DNA of 60,740 nt from a bacterium (lineage in GTDB: Bacteria; Hydrothermota; UBA3073; JACQXS01): assembly GCA_030605695.1 (NCBI GenBank), contig JAUWHX010000013.1, positions 1 to 60,740 on the forward strand, given 5' to 3'. The notes below the pieces were generated by a model. It was given only the letters and a program-made list of their open reading frames with translations. It was not told the DNA's origin and ran no database searches. Each line of letters starts with the position of its first letter. The first letter of the stretch is position 1. The translations under genes and the position numbers were made by a program. This document shows positions 53,021-60,740 of this stretch, in pieces.

Positions 53021-53587
53021 ATGATTTTACTTTTTTTATTAAACTTAAGTGGCTCAATTGGGCCTACAGCGGGATATTATTTTCCGTCTCTCGATTCAAT
53101 GAACTCATGGTTCTTGGATAAATTTGAGGCGAAAAGTAAAATAGGAGCAAGCGCCACTATTGGAATAGTAGGGAAAGTACGTTTAGCCGGAAATTTCGCT
53201 CTTGAATCTGGGGCAGATTACTTTAAGGCAAAGTCACCTGATGAGGAACGAAGCTTATTATTAGTCCCCATAGATATATATTTAAGTTATAGATATATGA
53301 TATTACCCGGTCTTGTATATTTCTATGTTGGTGGTGGATATAACCTTTGTTTTACTAAATATGAAGAAAAGTCTTATGAAGTAAGTAGCTGGGGCTCAGG
53401 ACCTGTTGCTGAGACAAGTATAGAATTTCTACCAACTTCTAATTTAGGAGTAGAATTATTGGGAGGATACAGATTTGCAATAGCCCCTGATGTGGAACTT
53501 AAAGACGCTAAAAATGAGAATCCTACTATGATTCCAATGAATCTATGGGGTGGATTTCTTAAAATTGTCATCAAACGAGAAATTTAG
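53021..53587 (+). CDS. small outer-membrane beta-barrel-like protein
   Basis: AGGAGG RBS before ATG 53021. The track ORF's 5' extension overlaps the rnfB-like gene and was rejected. Confidence 0.5.
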   Translation: MILLFLLNLSGSIGPTAGYYFPSLDSMNSWFLDKFEAKSKIGASATIGIVGKVRLAGNFALESGADYFKAKSPDEERSLLLVPIDIYLSYRYMILPGLVYFYVGGGYNLCFTKYEEKSYEVSSWGSGPVAETSIEFLPTSNLGVELLGGYRFAIAPDVELKDAKNENPTMIPMNLWGGFLKIVIKREI

Positions 53588-53620
53588 TCCGAAGGATTCT
53601 GTCGCAGACTCTGTAAGTGA

Positions 53621-54262
53621 ATGAGATTTTTCGCAGTTGTATTACAGCTTTTAATCTTCTTTTTCTCTGTCATTGTTCATGAAGTATCTCATGGGTATAT
53701 GGCACTCCGAAAAGGAGACCCGACTGCAAGAGATGCAGGCAGACTTACACTAAACCCTCTCCCCCATATAGACATATTTGGGACAATAATTCTTCCTCTT
53801 ATTTTATATTTCTCAATAGGATGGGTATTTGGAATGGCAAAACCTGTTCCAATAAATCCTTATTACTTAAGAGACCCGAAGCGTGACTTAATGTGGATTG
53901 GAGCAGCAGGTCCCTTGAGTAATATAGGAATAGCTGTTGTACTTGGAGCTTTGCTTAGGATTATAGGGACTGGATTGCCCGTACCTATTTTGCAATTTAT
54001 AGCTTTTGGAGTAATGATAAATCTATTGCTCGCATTCTTTAATCTTATTCCAATACCTCCACTTGATGGGTCAAGAATAGTGCAAGGGTTTCTGTCTTAT
54101 GAAGCACAAGAGAAATATTTGAGTATAGAGAGATTCGGAATTTTTATTGTTCTTGGTTTCGCATTTATGGGAGGTTTTAGGTATATTCTTTTTCCGCTTG
54201 TAAGTTATTCCTTTTATTTCTTAACTGGAAAGCCAATAGGAATCTACTTTGTAAACACCTAA
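53621..54262 (+). CDS. site-2 protease family (M50) membrane metalloprotease
   Basis: HEVSHG zinc motif and a later LIPIPPLDG motif. Confidence 0.85.
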   Translation: MRFFAVVLQLLIFFFSVIVHEVSHGYMALRKGDPTARDAGRLTLNPLPHIDIFGTIILPLILYFSIGWVFGMAKPVPINPYYLRDPKRDLMWIGAAGPLSNIGIAVVLGALLRIIGTGLPVPILQFIAFGVMINLLLAFFNLIPIPPLDGSRIVQGFLSYEAQEKYLSIERFGIFIVLGFAFMGGFRYILFPLVSYSFYFLTGKPIGIYFVNT

Positions 54263-54343
54263 GATTGTTAACCGTGTACTCGTTCCGATTAACGATCTTC
54301 GTTTAACGAATAACGGATTTAAGAATTTTGAACTTTTAGGGAT

Positions 54344-54976
54344 TTATTTTATAACTCCAAGCCAGTCGTGGAGAAGGAATTGGAATCTACCAATTAGAAG
54401 AGATACACGAGCCATCACCGTGTATCCAAATGTAGCTCCAAAAGCAAGCATTATATACCAAACACCTATTCTTGCAACTTTCCCAACTGTTCCTGTATGT
54501 TTAATCGAGAAATAGAAATATATAAGCGTCGTAATCACACCCACAAACATAACAATATTACCAATGATATGAACAGTAGGAGTTATGGATGGTGAGAGCA
54601 TTGCTTTTGTAAGCATTGTTCCCTGCATCTGTTTGAATATACCAGCTTGAAGTGAGAGTGGTATAGCTATACCTGACCCGGTTCCAAGAGCAAATGCCAT
54701 AGGCCATCTTGAGAGCCAAGCATATTTTGGAATAAGCCGTGCAATATATAAAAGCCCCAGACACAATGGTATAAGTAACCAATACTCGTGATGTTGGAGC
54801 GGGACTATAATTTTTGGAGTAACTATATTTTTCCAAACAAGAGGTAAAGCATATCCGAGTGTTGCTCCAATCAATAAATGTTCAGCAAACCTGTAAAACG
54901 GATTATCCTTATAAAGAAAAGAGAAAATACAAAGTGTAAGAAATGCGGCAACCCACACCCAAGGGTCGTGTGACAT
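54344..54976 (-). CDS. polytopic membrane protein (4th gene of an uncharacterised operon)
   Basis: 210 aa, about 6 TM helices. Start overlaps the upstream stop. Confidence 0.6.
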   Translation of the reverse strand: MSHDPWVWVAAFLTLCIFSFLYKDNPFYRFAEHLLIGATLGYALPLVWKNIVTPKIIVPLQHHEYWLLIPLCLGLLYIARLIPKYAWLSRWPMAFALGTGSGIAIPLSLQAGIFKQMQGTMLTKAMLSPSITPTVHIIGNIVMFVGVITTLIYFYFSIKHTGTVGKVARIGVWYIMLAFGATFGYTVMARVSLLIGRFQFLLHDWLGVIK

Positions 54977-55839
54977 TATTTTTTCCTCCTTCTTCCTGCA
55001 AAATATGCTATATTAGCAAGCACTATAAATACTATCATCATAATATGCACCGCAGACTGTGCATCCATTCCAATGCAAGCTGCCTTTCTTGTTTTCAATT
55101 TCAGGTTTTTTTCGACCAGATTTTCATATTCAGCTGCTCCCTTCAGTCCGCCAAGCATCCCGATGAGCTGTTTGGTTTGCAAATACGGATAGTTCTCAGC
55201 TGCCATAACTGCTGTAACCCCTGCTGCCACATTTGCTCCATATCTCTGATTTGCATAAGTAACCCAAGTTCTCGATACACCTCCACCTGAAAAACTTATT
55301 GCAAGTGAAATCTGGTCAAAATTACGAATCTCTCGCATCATTGGAAGAGAATCTATCAGAGTTCCATAATAATCTGTTGGAAAAGTCTTATGAATGTCTT
55401 CTCCGATACCAAGAATAACTAATGCACCTCCAGGAACATACGGCAAAAGAGTATAATCTATCCCTTCCTTCTTCTCAGGAAATTCTCGCTTCACATCTTC
55501 AAGAGCTACTTGTGCTATTCCAATACCCTGCATATATAAGCTCATAAGAATTACTTTTATGTTTCTATTAAAGCAGTGATTTAAGATTGTAATTGTCATA
55601 GGATAAAGTTCCGGGAGCACTGCTGCATCATAATCAAAGGAAAGGAGAACTACCTGTCCATCTGAGGTGTTGTCTATTTTCTCATAGATATTTCTCGCTG
55701 GAGGTGTAGTATATGTTGGAAGCCCAATAGGAATAAGAAAAGGAATTATAACACATATAGCAGTAATTAGATAAATCCATCTCCTATCCATATTCATAAA
55801 TTTATTCAGTAAGTTCATTTTCCAGCTCCTCCAAGCCAT
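54976..55839 (-). CDS. bitopic membrane protein with central soluble domain (3rd gene)
   Basis: 287 aa with N- and C-terminal TM helices. The soluble domain loosely resembles the C-terminal half of the 391-aa protein. Confidence 0.6.
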   Translation of the reverse strand: MAWRSWKMNLLNKFMNMDRRWIYLITAICVIIPFLIPIGLPTYTTPPARNIYEKIDNTSDGQVVLLSFDYDAAVLPELYPMTITILNHCFNRNIKVILMSLYMQGIGIAQVALEDVKREFPEKKEGIDYTLLPYVPGGALVILGIGEDIHKTFPTDYYGTLIDSLPMMREIRNFDQISLAISFSGGGVSRTWVTYANQRYGANVAAGVTAVMAAENYPYLQTKQLIGMLGGLKGAAEYENLVEKNLKLKTRKAACIGMDAQSAVHIMMIVFIVLANIAYFAGRRRKK

Positions 55840-56447
55840 CCACGTTCAATCCCAAGCATTATTTTAAGTGATGTAGCCATTATTCCGAGTCCCACGCCAA
55901 GCCCTATTCCTCTTTGTGCCGCCATATTTGGATACATTAGAATCCATTCAACAAGGTTAGGAAGTTTAAGTTTGATAAATACACTTTCTCCTATTGGAAC
56001 TCTTCCAAACATTACAACAAGAGCCACAATGAGAAGTAAAGTAGCTTCCGGTGTCCTCGCTTTAAAAGACCTGAATGCTGCTGATGCCATATAAAATCCA
56101 AGCAACGAGAACATAGTTGCCTGCATAGTCATCGTCATATACTGATATATTTTCATAAATACAGAGTTTTCTCCAACACCCCATATAAACCCAATAAGAG
56201 CTACAACTATCACAGCAACAAATATTATTATGCTGTATCCCCATCCTTCCCTTTTTCGTCTTATCTTTGTCCAATGAACATGAAATATGGAGTAATATCC
56301 TATAACCAGGGCAGGCACACCACATACTATTAACCAATGCACTACTTCATCAAAAAAGTTCTTTGAGAATCTATGCGGTATAAAGAACTGAATTATCATT
56401 ACAATACCGCCTATAAGACAAAGTTTTAGTGGACCTGCTCTTCTCAT
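55815..56447 (-). CDS. polytopic membrane protein (2nd gene)
   Basis: 210 aa, about 6 TM helices. Overlaps both neighbouring genes. Confidence 0.6.
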   Translation of the reverse strand: MRRAGPLKLCLIGGIVMIIQFFIPHRFSKNFFDEVVHWLIVCGVPALVIGYYSIFHVHWTKIRRKREGWGYSIIIFVAVIVVALIGFIWGVGENSVFMKIYQYMTMTMQATMFSLLGFYMASAAFRSFKARTPEATLLLIVALVVMFGRVPIGESVFIKLKLPNLVEWILMYPNMAAQRGIGLGVGLGIMATSLKIMLGIERGWLGGAGK

Positions 56448-57619
56448 TTAAATAAGTTTATTATAAAATTATTTCCAAGAAGCCCAAAAATAGTGCCGAG
56501 TGCAAGAAATATAAAGATAACAAGTTTATTATAATCCTGTCCCTTAATGCCTCCAACTAATGATGGATTCTTCGAAAGATACGCACTCGCGGCATACAGT
56601 TCTTCACCCATAATCGTATAATCACAAGCAGTAACAAAGAATGGAAGTTGTGTTACAGCATCAGTTCCTGCAATCTGGATTGCTCCTGTGATGTTTCCTG
56701 TTTCTGCCAAAAGAAGTGATTCCGCCCAAAACATACCAATAAAAAGGTTTGTAGCTGGTTTCTCGCGTGTCATAATTCCACATACTCCTGCAGCATAAGC
56801 AAATTGACTGCTGGTCAGGAAAAATACACGGTCTGGATTGTAATAATCAGGTCTGCCCTTTTCAATAGCCGCTTCCCTTACAACTTCCTGTGCTACTGAC
56901 ATAACTATAGGGTCACGATTAGGCACAATAATAGGAGTGTTATACTCTGCGGTCTTTTTTGCTACCTGTGATAAAATATTCATAGATGCAATAGTAGCAA
57001 TATCCGATATAAACGAGGTGCCTGGGACATATAAAACTGGCTTACCCATCTCTGTGGCTCTACCAACTGCTTCTTCAAGAGAATCAAGTCCATCAATCTT
57101 GCGGATAAAGAGTGGTTTCCCCATTTTCGCCTGAAAAACAGCCCAGAAAATCAAGAAGATAAATAGTGGCAAGCCTATCAATACATTCGTCTTTCCTTTA
57201 TGATACCATTGAGGAGAAGAAGAAGTACTGGAAGAAGGAGGAGAAAATTCAGAATACTCATAAGTAGAAGTTCTTCCTCTTACCTTGTAGTAATAAGGAG
57301 TATTGTCTTTCACTCCCCTGTTATCTCTAATAGTAGAAATACCTCTTCCCATATAGCCGACATATTGGTATCCAGTATCTTGAGCTTCAGACCTATATAT
57401 TTCATATCCTGAAAACAGAGAGTTATCCGGAGAGAGATTCCATTGCACAGTAATAGATTTGCCAGCATCGTTTGGAGTATCAAAAGCACGAACATCTAAT
57501 GGAGGAGCAAATTTTTGTGTCAATGGAAGGGTATCAGATTCTTGGGCAAAAAGGGGAAAAGCAAAGAAAAATAAGTAAATAATTTTTATATGCTGCACTT
57601 CTTTGAACTTAATATACAT
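56444..57619 (-). CDS. FN3-domain / Ser-rich linker / TM / soluble domain / TM protein (1st gene)
   Basis: Signal peptide and FN3-like ITVQWNLSPD...GYEIYRSE...YYYKVRGR. Alternative start GTG at 57598 gives MQHIKIIYLFFFAFPLFAQE. Confidence 0.65.
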   Translation of the reverse strand: MYIKFKEVQHIKIIYLFFFAFPLFAQESDTLPLTQKFAPPLDVRAFDTPNDAGKSITVQWNLSPDNSLFSGYEIYRSEAQDTGYQYVGYMGRGISTIRDNRGVKDNTPYYYKVRGRTSTYEYSEFSPPSSSTSSSPQWYHKGKTNVLIGLPLFIFLIFWAVFQAKMGKPLFIRKIDGLDSLEEAVGRATEMGKPVLYVPGTSFISDIATIASMNILSQVAKKTAEYNTPIIVPNRDPIVMSVAQEVVREAAIEKGRPDYYNPDRVFFLTSSQFAYAAGVCGIMTREKPATNLFIGMFWAESLLLAETGNITGAIQIAGTDAVTQLPFFVTACDYTIMGEELYAASAYLSKNPSLVGGIKGQDYNKLVIFIFLALGTIFGLLGNNFIINLFK

Positions 57620-57633
57620 TTTAAACCTGTCAA
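57596..57633 (-). promoter_or_regulatory. putative promoter of the four-gene membrane operon
   Basis: TTGACA(57628-57633)-16-TAAGTT(57606-57611)-7-GTG(57598). The track's ATG at 57619 lies inside this promoter. Confidence 0.4.
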
Positions 57634-57758
57634 GAAAAAAATCTGAGGTTTATTTGAATAATTCCTTTACAAAAATTTGTGATGATTTGATAATGAATAA
57701 CTTTCCAGCAAAATCTCCTACACTGGAAGAAATATCCCTTAATTCTCTTGTGATATTA

Positions 57759-59216
57759 TTACAGAATTTCTCCTCTTTCATACAGAAATACTTGAACTCT
57801 GAAACGAGGGAAAGACCTTTTCAAGAATTTTCTTTTTATCTCATAATCCTCGTTTTCAAAAAATCCGATTGATTGAATACAAGAAAAGTTCCGGTCAAGC
57901 CATTCTTTGAATTCGTAAATTTTCTGGTCATCAGATGAACAAATCCCACTCAAAGGAGTGTGCACAAATATTATCTTTTTTGCATTTACTAACTCTTCTT
58001 GCGATTTTTCAGGATTCCTTGCATCAAGGATTATAAGATTGGGAAGATTACAATACCAAATAAATGCTTGATGATACGAAACTATTTTAGTACCCTGGTC
58101 AGAAAACCCATCTATAATAGTATTTATTTCTCTCCAATTATCTGTAAATCTTTGTAAATGACATTCTCTCTTGGTATAAATATTCTTTATTCCGTATGCG
58201 TTAACTCCTGTAATAAGAATAAGTATTGGAATTATCGCACGCATCCTCATAAATGCGATTCCAATTCCAAGAAGTATATAATATAAGCTCGCTACACCAA
58301 GATAATAATGTGGGAAATTAAGATTTGTGCATATAGGAACCAATGGAATCAAAATAAAGATGAGAAGCCAGAGAAGTTCTTTAATCCATCTTTTTCTAAT
58401 TAAAACTCGGACTCCATAAATTGCACTTATACTGTATATGAAAATTCCTGGAATCACAACTTTTAAATTCCAGGGAAGGATAGTTTGACCAAGTGAAAAC
58501 GAAAAGAAGGTATAGCCCAATTTAGTTAGAAGAGAAGCTGGAACTCTATTAATTGAAATTAATTCAGAAGGTATAACTGCAAACAATTTCACAATCAAAA
58601 ATGAAGATGCTAAAAGAATAATAAGCTGTGAGATAGCCCATTTTTTCTTGTCAATCTTTCTTGAATTTATTCGCAGAATCCCGTGGATAAGCAACCATAT
58701 CCATTCGCACAGCAATGTAAAAAATACCCAAGCTTCTACATAAATACTTATAATTGCAACAATAGTATATATCCATAATTTCTTTACATCTTTAATTACG
58801 AGCAAAAACACCCAAATTAAACTCAAATTAAAAAATAAAAAACAAGGAAACACTCTTGAGATTCTTGAAAAGAGTATAAGAAACGGTGAAATGGCTCCGA
58901 GATATAGAGCTATTAACCCTACTTTTCTTCCGCCAAGTTCTTTTCCAATCAAATAAATAAGCAAAAGTGCAAGAGTTCCAAAAATCACCGATAGCATTCT
59001 TGTAGCACTTTCATGAGTTCCAAACAGTTTTATCCATCCGAAAAGAAACATCCTATATAAAACAGGATGCATTTCTTGTGGTAAAAAATTGAGTCCGGAA
59101 GAAGATATTACTCTTGCCTCGTCTCCAGTGTAGGAATTGCTTCCAAGCATCCAGACTCTTAGGAAAAATCCAAGAAGTATTAGTCCACCAATTAATACTC
59201 TGTGCGAAACCTTCAC
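57759..59216 (-). CDS. GT39/ArnT-like (GT-C fold) membrane glycosyltransferase
   Basis: Polytopic protein with an early YTGDE loop motif. GTG start. Confidence 0.7.
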   Translation of the reverse strand: MKVSHRVLIGGLILLGFFLRVWMLGSNSYTGDEARVISSSGLNFLPQEMHPVLYRMFLFGWIKLFGTHESATRMLSVIFGTLALLLIYLIGKELGGRKVGLIALYLGAISPFLILFSRISRVFPCFLFFNLSLIWVFLLVIKDVKKLWIYTIVAIISIYVEAWVFFTLLCEWIWLLIHGILRINSRKIDKKKWAISQLIILLASSFLIVKLFAVIPSELISINRVPASLLTKLGYTFFSFSLGQTILPWNLKVVIPGIFIYSISAIYGVRVLIRKRWIKELLWLLIFILIPLVPICTNLNFPHYYLGVASLYYILLGIGIAFMRMRAIIPILILITGVNAYGIKNIYTKRECHLQRFTDNWREINTIIDGFSDQGTKIVSYHQAFIWYCNLPNLIILDARNPEKSQEELVNAKKIIFVHTPLSGICSSDDQKIYEFKEWLDRNFSCIQSIGFFENEDYEIKRKFLKRSFPRFRVQVFLYERGEIL

Positions 59217-59253
59217 TTCGAAAGATAATACTGGTAAATAATATTTCTGTCAA
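59214..59253 (-). promoter_or_regulatory. putative leaderless promoter of the GT39 gene
   Basis: TTGACA(59248-59253)-17-TATTAT(59225-59230)-8-GTG. Confidence 0.5.
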
Positions 59254-59272
59254 ACTGTTTATCTTAAAAAAC

Positions 59273-59311
59273 TTGACGAGATTTATTTTTGTGGTATAGT
59301 TTTATACAATG
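59273..59311 (+). promoter_or_regulatory. putative leaderless promoter of psd
   Basis: TTGACG(59273-59278)-16-(TGg)TATAGT(59295-59300)-8-ATG(59309). Confidence 0.55.
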
Positions 59312-60067
59312 GGATTTATTTTCATATCAAGTTTATTGCTATCCTCAATAATTCTTCTTCCTCTTGCAAAGAAATTTGAAATAAGGAAAAAACTTTCTAT
59401 TGTTGGAATTCTGGTAATTAGTTGCTTAGTTGGGATAAGCACTATTTTCGTAGAGATGGTTCGCGAACCGCCCCTATATACAATATTCCTTTTAGAATTA
59501 GGGTTTTTGATTTTATTTACTGGGATTATCGGATTATATCGGTTCTACAGAGACCCTAAACGGATATCACCGGAGGGAGAAAATATAATCCTCGCTCCCG
59601 CAGATGGATTTATAAGATATATAAAACCTGCATCACAAGAAGATATATCAGACTTTGACGGTGCAATTGAACCTAATGGCTGGCTTGTTGGTATTACGAT
59701 GACTTATCTTGATGTTCACATTAATCGTAGTCCTATTGCTGGCAAAGTGTTATTGGCAAAACATACGCAGGGGAAATTTATATCATTAAAAAGGAAAAAA
59801 GCATTAAAAGAGAACAAGCGAGCAATATTAGTAATAGACAATGGGGATTTTAAAATAGGGTTACGCTTAATAGCTTCAAGAATGGTAAGGAAAATTTTAC
59901 TGTGGGTTAAAGAAACTGAATCTGTTCACCACGGAAAACGGATAGGCAAGATTGTATTTGGAAGCCAAACCGATATTATAATACCTGAACTCCCCGGGCT
60001 TAAAATAAATGTGCACGAAGGCGAGCAAGTATATGCTGGACTCACTGTCCTCGCAGAATATCAGTAA
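59309..60067 (+). CDS. psd: phosphatidylserine decarboxylase-related protein (short, membrane-anchored type)
   Basis: LDVHINRSPIAGKV and the C-terminal FGSQTDIIIP (G-S cleavage-site-like) motif. Confidence 0.75.
   Translation: MGFIFISSLLLSSIILLPLAKKFEIRKKLSIVGILVISCLVGISTIFVEMVREPPLYTIFLLELGFLILFTGIIGLYRFYRDPKRISPEGENIILAPADGFIRYIKPASQEDISDFDGAIEPNGWLVGITMTYLDVHINRSPIAGKVLLAKHTQGKFISLKRKKALKENKRAILVIDNGDFKIGLRLIASRMVRKILLWVKETESVHHGKRIGKIVFGSQTDIIIPELPGLKINVHEGEQVYAGLTVLAEYQ
59450..59477. repeat. third, imperfect copy of the GTAG..GGTTCGCGAACC..CCCTA palindrome, inside psd
   Basis: gtagagatggttcgcgaaccgcccctat, encoding VEMVREPPLY. Confidence 0.75.
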
Positions 60068-60075
60068 AACTTCAG

Positions 60076-60740
60076 ATGAATATATGTATGGTAGTTCACG
60101 CTCATTATCCGCATGATGAATCCAGAGTTCAGAGAGAAGCTCTTGCTCTTTCAGAAAAAGGACATAAAGTTGATGTTCTTTGTTTAAGAAAAGGGAAAGA
60201 ACCATCACGCGGACACCACGATGGAGTGAATTTCTACAGACTCCTCGTAAGAAAGCGAACCAATATAAACCTACTTGGTTATTTTATGGAATATAGCTTC
60301 TTCTTTTTGTTGGCAGGATTGAAATTAACTGTTTTATTTCTAAAAAAGGGCTATGGTATTGTTCAAATTCATAATCTTCCTTATGCACTTGTTGGTATAG
60401 CACTCATTCCAAAGATATTTGGTGCACAGATAGTTCTGGATATTCACGACCTTGAGCCCGAACTTTATTCAGCAAAATTTAATATAGGAATACATCATCC
60501 TCTGGTTAAACTACTTCTTGTGATTGAGAAGCTATCTTGTTGGTTTGCAGACCGAGTTTTAATAGTTACTGATATTTGGAGAGAAAAACTATTAGAAAGA
60601 GGTATTGATGAGAAAAAATGTAGTGTATTGATGAATCTTCCTGATAAGCACATATTTAAGCCCATATCAATGAAAAGGAACGATAAATACTTTAATCTCA
60701 TATATCATGGAACTCTTGTAGAGAGATATGGTGTAGATGT
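60076..60740 (+). CDS. GT4-family glycosyltransferase, 3'-truncated by window edge
   Basis: Translated manually: MNICMVVHAHYPHDESRVQREALALSEKGHKVDVLCL... Open to the window end and absent from the ORF track. Confidence 0.7.
   Translation, partial: MNICMVVHAHYPHDESRVQREALALSEKGHKVDVLCLRKGKEPSRGHHDGVNFYRLLVRKRTNINLLGYFMEYSFFFLLAGLKLTVLFLKKGYGIVQIHNLPYALVGIALIPKIFGAQIVLDIHDLEPELYSAKFNIGIHHPLVKLLLVIEKLSCWFADRVLIVTDIWREKLLERGIDEKKCSVLMNLPDKHIFKPISMKRNDKYFNLIYHGTLVERYGVD

Overview
AT-rich chromosomal segment, probably from an uncultivated Gram-negative bacterium. Three proteins end in T9SS-type C-terminal sorting domains, and OmpA, secretin and small beta-barrel OMP genes are present; an FCB-superphylum-like candidate lineage is only a guess. 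All functional calls come from motifs I recognise by eye; no searches were run. About 60 protein genes, mostly on the minus strand. Housekeeping: trxBA, a split purH, purM, tsaBE, lon, hsp20, apbE, gcvPB/gcvT, tyrS, plsX, rpsT, mpg, cstA, mscS, psd. Envelope and polysaccharide genes: GT4, flippase, AsnB-like, GT39, T9SS cargo. Also present: a UbiA/geranylgeranyl-reductase pair, one Type II R-M cassette, and several uncharacterised membrane or HEAT-repeat operons. I found no rRNA, tRNA, CRISPR array, transposase or integrase. The unusual content is mostly architectural. (1) The R-M cassette is bracketed by a 27-bp direct repeat that duplicates the start of purM, and its methyltransferase carries an N-terminal HEAT-repeat domain. 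(2) At least 11 transcription units show a leaderless promoter layout (TTGACA-N16-19-TAxxxT-N6-9-start codon), while genes inside operons carry AGGAGG sites. (3) There is a dense vocabulary of short repeats: arrays of exactly five 7-nt units (35 nt) sitting in-frame inside coding regions, a 28-bp palindrome family inside three enzymes, three 21-nt tandem arrays (one encoding a His/Cys heptad-repeat protein), and several hairpin families resembling MITE or REP elements. (4) Gene clusters of unknown function: lon followed by three zinc-ribbon/HEAT membrane proteins, and a four-gene membrane operon led by an FN3-domain protein. All coordinates and counts were derived by hand and should be recomputed.
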